Shown: piece by piece, positions 14,742 through 16,957 of the stretch
How the letters are laid out: the number at the start of each line of letters is the position of its first letter
How positions within the stretch are numbered: position 1 is the stretch's first letter
From: Nitrososphaerota archaeon
GTDB taxonomy: Archaea > Thermoproteota > Nitrososphaeria > Nitrososphaerales > UBA57
NCBI GenBank assembly: GCA_013378385.1
Contig: JACAFS010000020.1
Coordinates: 1 to 16,957, forward strand
Length of the DNA: 16,957 nucleotides
Reading direction: 5' to 3'
Made by a program: the position numbers and the translations under genes
The notes under the pieces: model-generated
The model's database searches: none
The model's input: the letters and a program-made list of their open reading frames with translations, nothing else
What the model was told of the DNA's origin: nothing

Positions 14742-15697
14742 TTTTCCTCCCTGACCATTGCATTAAAGACATCAGATTCTGCGTTAGGATTTTTGTTGTA
14801 AACTCTTTTAATCCTTCTGACTCCTGGTTTAGGATATCTTTTAGCTTTTGATTTTAACGTAATAAGTCCATCAAGGAATTCCAGTTCTTGCTTAATATCT
14901 AGTACAATTATTTTGTCAACTGCATCTTTGATTTCATCGATTTTGCTAAAATCATAATCCCTAATTGAAATATAAAACTCATCGGTTTCTTCAGAACTAC
15001 TTTTGGAAGGTTTTACTTGCGATTCCCAAAGTCTATCTTCTACTTCGATTATCCTCTCAATTATGTTGTTCTTTGATTGATGCTTCTCAAATTTTTCAGC
15101 AACAGTTGGCTTTTTCTTGGGGATATAGGATCGCTCAGTCTGAACAAATCGTACCAGGTTCTCTCCTCTTTCTCCCACGGCCTTTTCTTGGGTCCACTTC
15201 TTTCCAGTTATTTTACCAAGTCTTCTCATGAATGAAGAACTGATGACAGTGGTACTGCTGTCAGTGTCATTAATCTTAATCAAACCATCAGGATTGTCTG
15301 GCGTAGACCCAAACATTTTCTTTAGCCTAGTAACTTTTACGTATTTTCCCTCAATGGAACTAAAGTATTCTTCTAATTCTCCATCCGTGATTTTCTGATT
15401 TTTTCGTACGGGGCGTGGCTTTCCGCCTTCATAAGTGGCTTCTTCCAGGTGGTGAACTCTCCAAAGTTCATCTAGTCGGGATAGATATTTTTCCGATTCT
15501 TCGTATCCAGCATGGCAGTCCATACAGTACCAGTTTCCGCTTTCTTCATCCAGATCTACACGGTGCACGTCTTCTTCATGTTCAAAAGGACACGTGTAGA
15601 ACGGGTCATTAGGGGCTTGGTGTTTTGGTACGCCAAGTGCTTTTCTGATTCTGTCACGAGCTTGTAGTAGTATTCCAGCCAGTTCGGGTTTTCGCAT
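14738..15697 (-). CDS. hypothetical protein with N-terminal CHC2-type (primase-like) zinc finger
   Basis: 319-aa ORF. CPFEHEEDVHRVDLDEESGNWYCMDCHAG resembles the DnaG/P4-primase zf-CHC2 pattern CPFH-x-E...(~17)...C-x-x-C-x-x-G with one extra residue. I see no Toprim or primase catalytic motif in the remainder. TATA-like TTTTAATA lies 22-29 nt upstream. Confidence 0.7.
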   Translation of the reverse strand: MRKPELAGILLQARDRIRKALGVPKHQAPNDPFYTCPFEHEEDVHRVDLDEESGNWYCMDCHAGYEESEKYLSRLDELWRVHHLEEATYEGGKPRPVRKNQKITDGELEEYFSSIEGKYVKVTRLKKMFGSTPDNPDGLIKINDTDSSTTVISSSFMRRLGKITGKKWTQEKAVGERGENLVRFVQTERSYIPKKKPTVAEKFEKHQSKNNIIERIIEVEDRLWESQVKPSKSSSEETDEFYISIRDYDFSKIDEIKDAVDKIIVLDIKQELEFLDGLITLKSKAKRYPKPGVRRIKRVYNKNPNAESDVFNAMVREEN

Positions 15698-15718
15698 AAT
15701 CTGAGAGCCTGTTGAGGG

Positions 15719-15726
15719 TATTAAAA
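15719..15726 (-). promoter_or_regulatory. TATA-like box (TTTTAATA on minus strand) of the GHKL operon
   Basis: It lies 22-29 nt upstream of ATG 15697. Confidence 0.5.
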
Positions 15727-15736
15727 CGTTTCTTTT

Positions 15737-15776
15737 CGCACTTTAGTGCACCTCATTGCACCTTAATGCACCTTAA
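15737..15776 (-). promoter_or_regulatory. four tandem 10-bp repeats (minus sense TTAAGGTGCA TTAAGGTGCA ATGAGGTGCA CTAAAGTGCG)
   Basis: The plus strand reads CGCACTTTAG TGCACCTCAT TGCACCTTAA TGCACCTTAA. The period is exactly 10 nt, and the array lies immediately upstream of the TATA-like box. Confidence 0.7.
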
Positions 15777-15854
15777 CGGTATTTTTTCAGTTTATGCCCT
15801 TTTTTAACGCATCTTGAGGTAGGCCGAGATAGAGCTCCGCTAGCCCCGAATCCA

Positions 15855-16331
15855 CTAGATATTTTTCATTTTGAGATACGTTTTAATCTCAGTTTTTACA
15901 GTTTCTAAATCCAATTTTTCAGTTGAAACCCAGGTTCGATCCTCAAATCTGTAATAAAATTTCTTTTTTTGACCCTGGTCTGTTGCTATGAAAAGTACCG
16001 GTTTTTTATTCTGTTGTTCATCCAGCTTATCTTTTTCAGTTTGGTCATATTTTTCCTCACTTATAGACCTTCCACTTCTAAAATAATATCTTTTATTTTT
16101 AGGAGAATCATGTATCTTTTCCAATATTTGTCTTACACTCAGTTGTAATATGATCTCAGTAAATGCCCAAATAAAAAAGAGAGTAATTATCCAATTCCAC
16201 CAATTTAATTCATCATAGTAATAATACAAAAGCAATGGTATGGAGACTAAAATGGCTGATATCTTTATGAAAAGTTCAGCATTACTTCTTTCGGAAATAA
16301 GCATTCCATTTTTTCTGTCGGGTTCTATCAC
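15855..16331 (-). CDS. small membrane protein (two TM helices), unknown function
   Basis: 158-aa ORF with a GTG start at 16331; ATG 16304 is an alternative. The hydrophobic segments are FIKISAILVSIPLLLYYYY and WWNWIITLFFIWAFTEIILQL, followed by a Lys/Glu-rich soluble tail. Confidence 0.6.
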   Translation of the reverse strand: MIEPDRKNGMLISERSNAELFIKISAILVSIPLLLYYYYDELNWWNWIITLFFIWAFTEIILQLSVRQILEKIHDSPKNKRYYFRSGRSISEEKYDQTEKDKLDEQQNKKPVLFIATDQGQKKKFYYRFEDRTWVSTEKLDLETVKTEIKTYLKMKNI

Positions 16332-16438
16332 AGAAAGCCCATACCCTCTCCAGATTTATGCCTATTTGTCAAAACTCAGGCTTCCCACCTCCGTGAACCT
16401 CCTTGGTATGGAATCCTGTCAGACGCGTATTATGTATA

Positions 16439-16717
16439 TCACTTACTACTTCCGAAGTCGAGCCATTTGAACATTGTTATGCGGTTATCTTCCCCCATAT
16501 TTTGCCAGAATTCCTCATCCGCAGAGACTTCTCTTGCTCCATCCCTAATCCAGTCTAGCATGGTTTTGTGGCTACAGATCCCGGGTCCAATATCATCTAC
16601 CCAGCATATGTCAATAGGTAATCCAGTAGAAGAATAGCCTTCAATATCATATATTACTCTCCAGAAAGAGTCTTTGAGCCAGCAAGTTCCAATCTTCAAA
16701 TCCTCTCGTTTTACCAT
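16439..16717 (-). CDS. hypothetical 92-aa protein
   Basis: ATG-initiated ORF, divergent from the RHH gene. I recognise no motif. Confidence 0.5.
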   Translation of the reverse strand: MVKREDLKIGTCWLKDSFWRVIYDIEGYSSTGLPIDICWVDDIGPGICSHKTMLDWIRDGAREVSADEEFWQNMGEDNRITMFKWLDFGSSK

Positions 16718-16828
16718 TCCTGCCTTCTACAACACCAGACGCGTGCCTGATTTAAATTTTTACAGTCAAATATTACTATAGTATTACTCTAAGAATATTA
16801 TTATATACACACTCGGCCCACTTAGAGA

Positions 16829-16957
16829 ATGCCTAAGATCAGTTTAGACATGCCTGCTGAGCTAATGAATGACCTCAAAGAACACACTGGGGACGACACG
16901 AAATTTATAAGTTTAGCAGACGCAGTAAGGACTGCTTGTCGTAAAATGTTAGATCAA
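16829..16957 (+). CDS. ribbon-helix-helix (CopG/Arc-like) DNA-binding protein, 3' end outside window
   Basis: ATG 16829 is open to the window end (43 codons): MPKISLDMPAELMNDLKEHTGDDTKFISLADAVRTACRKMLDQ. This fits a beta-strand (KISLDMP), helix, helix layout typical of RHH regulators and antitoxins. TTATATA (16801-16807) lies 22-28 nt upstream. The ORF is missing from the track because it has no stop in the window. Confidence 0.5.
   Translation, partial: MPKISLDMPAELMNDLKEHTGDDTKFISLADAVRTACRKMLDQ

Noticed and set aside
15737-15776. The tandem repeats as a mini CRISPR array
   Set aside because: The units are 10 bp with no spacers, there are only four of them, and they sit directly at a promoter. 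This is not CRISPR architecture.
15933-15942. GGTTCGATCC, a tRNA T-arm-like string
   Set aside because: It lies inside CDS 15855..16331, the flanking bases do not form a 5-bp T stem, and no acceptor or anticodon arms can be drawn.
654-16470. Many 60-135-aa ORFs nested inside or antisense to the long CDSs (for example 654..1007, 4380..4679, 7106..7474, 9273..9608, 10039..10263, 14073..14480, 14965..15231, 16240..16470)
   Set aside because: These are shadow ORFs. They have low-complexity or unusual composition, no motifs, and are fully overlapped by genes with signal peptides, domains and repeat architecture.
16420-16744. The 9-mer CAGACGCGT on both sides of gene 16439..16717 (16420-16428, 16736-16744)
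   Set aside because: Hundreds of 9-mer repeats are expected by chance in a 17-kb window, and there is no extended similarity around them.

Overview
The window looks like an accessory region of a low-GC, probably archaeal (marine-euryarchaeote-like) genome. Most genes have an A/T-rich TATA-like box about 21-30 nt upstream of the start codon (leaderless geometry). The large proteins are acidic, sequon-rich, signal-peptide-bearing PKD/CARDB-type surface proteins. It has three main parts. (1) nt 1-10,460 is a surface-protein island with five secreted or lipoprotein genes and one membrane protein. Its gene boundaries are built from three short reused modules: a 65-nt 5' promoter module (2 copies), a 65-nt 3' module (2 copies), and a ~25-bp core (3 full and 2 shortened copies, all in one orientation whatever the gene strand). 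One junction (2519-2647) consists only of modules and keeps the last 7 codons plus stop of a vanished gene. One lipoprotein gene is bracketed by direct core copies. Two same-orientation HNH endonuclease paralogs (1-264, 11488-11808) bracket the island. I read this as a recombination-driven cassette array for surface-protein variation; the mechanism is unknown. (2) nt 10,436-11,430 holds a small CPDC zinc-ribbon ORF that is continuous with an ATG-less, locally GC-rich open frame. About 500 nt follow with no convincing ORF but with a hairpin, an 18-bp perfect palindrome and tandem 10-mers. (3) nt 11,488-15,700 is a nuclease/ATPase cluster: an HNH gene, a GIY-YIG-domain protein, and a convergent three-gene operon (CHC2-zinc-finger protein, 103-aa protein, MORC-like GHKL ATPase). 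Four tandem 10-bp repeats sit next to the operon's TATA box. It looks like a defence or mobile-element module that I cannot assign to any named system. The right end holds two small unknown genes and the start of a ribbon-helix-helix regulator. I saw no rRNA, tRNA or CRISPR array. All domain calls come from motif recognition by eye, not from database searches.
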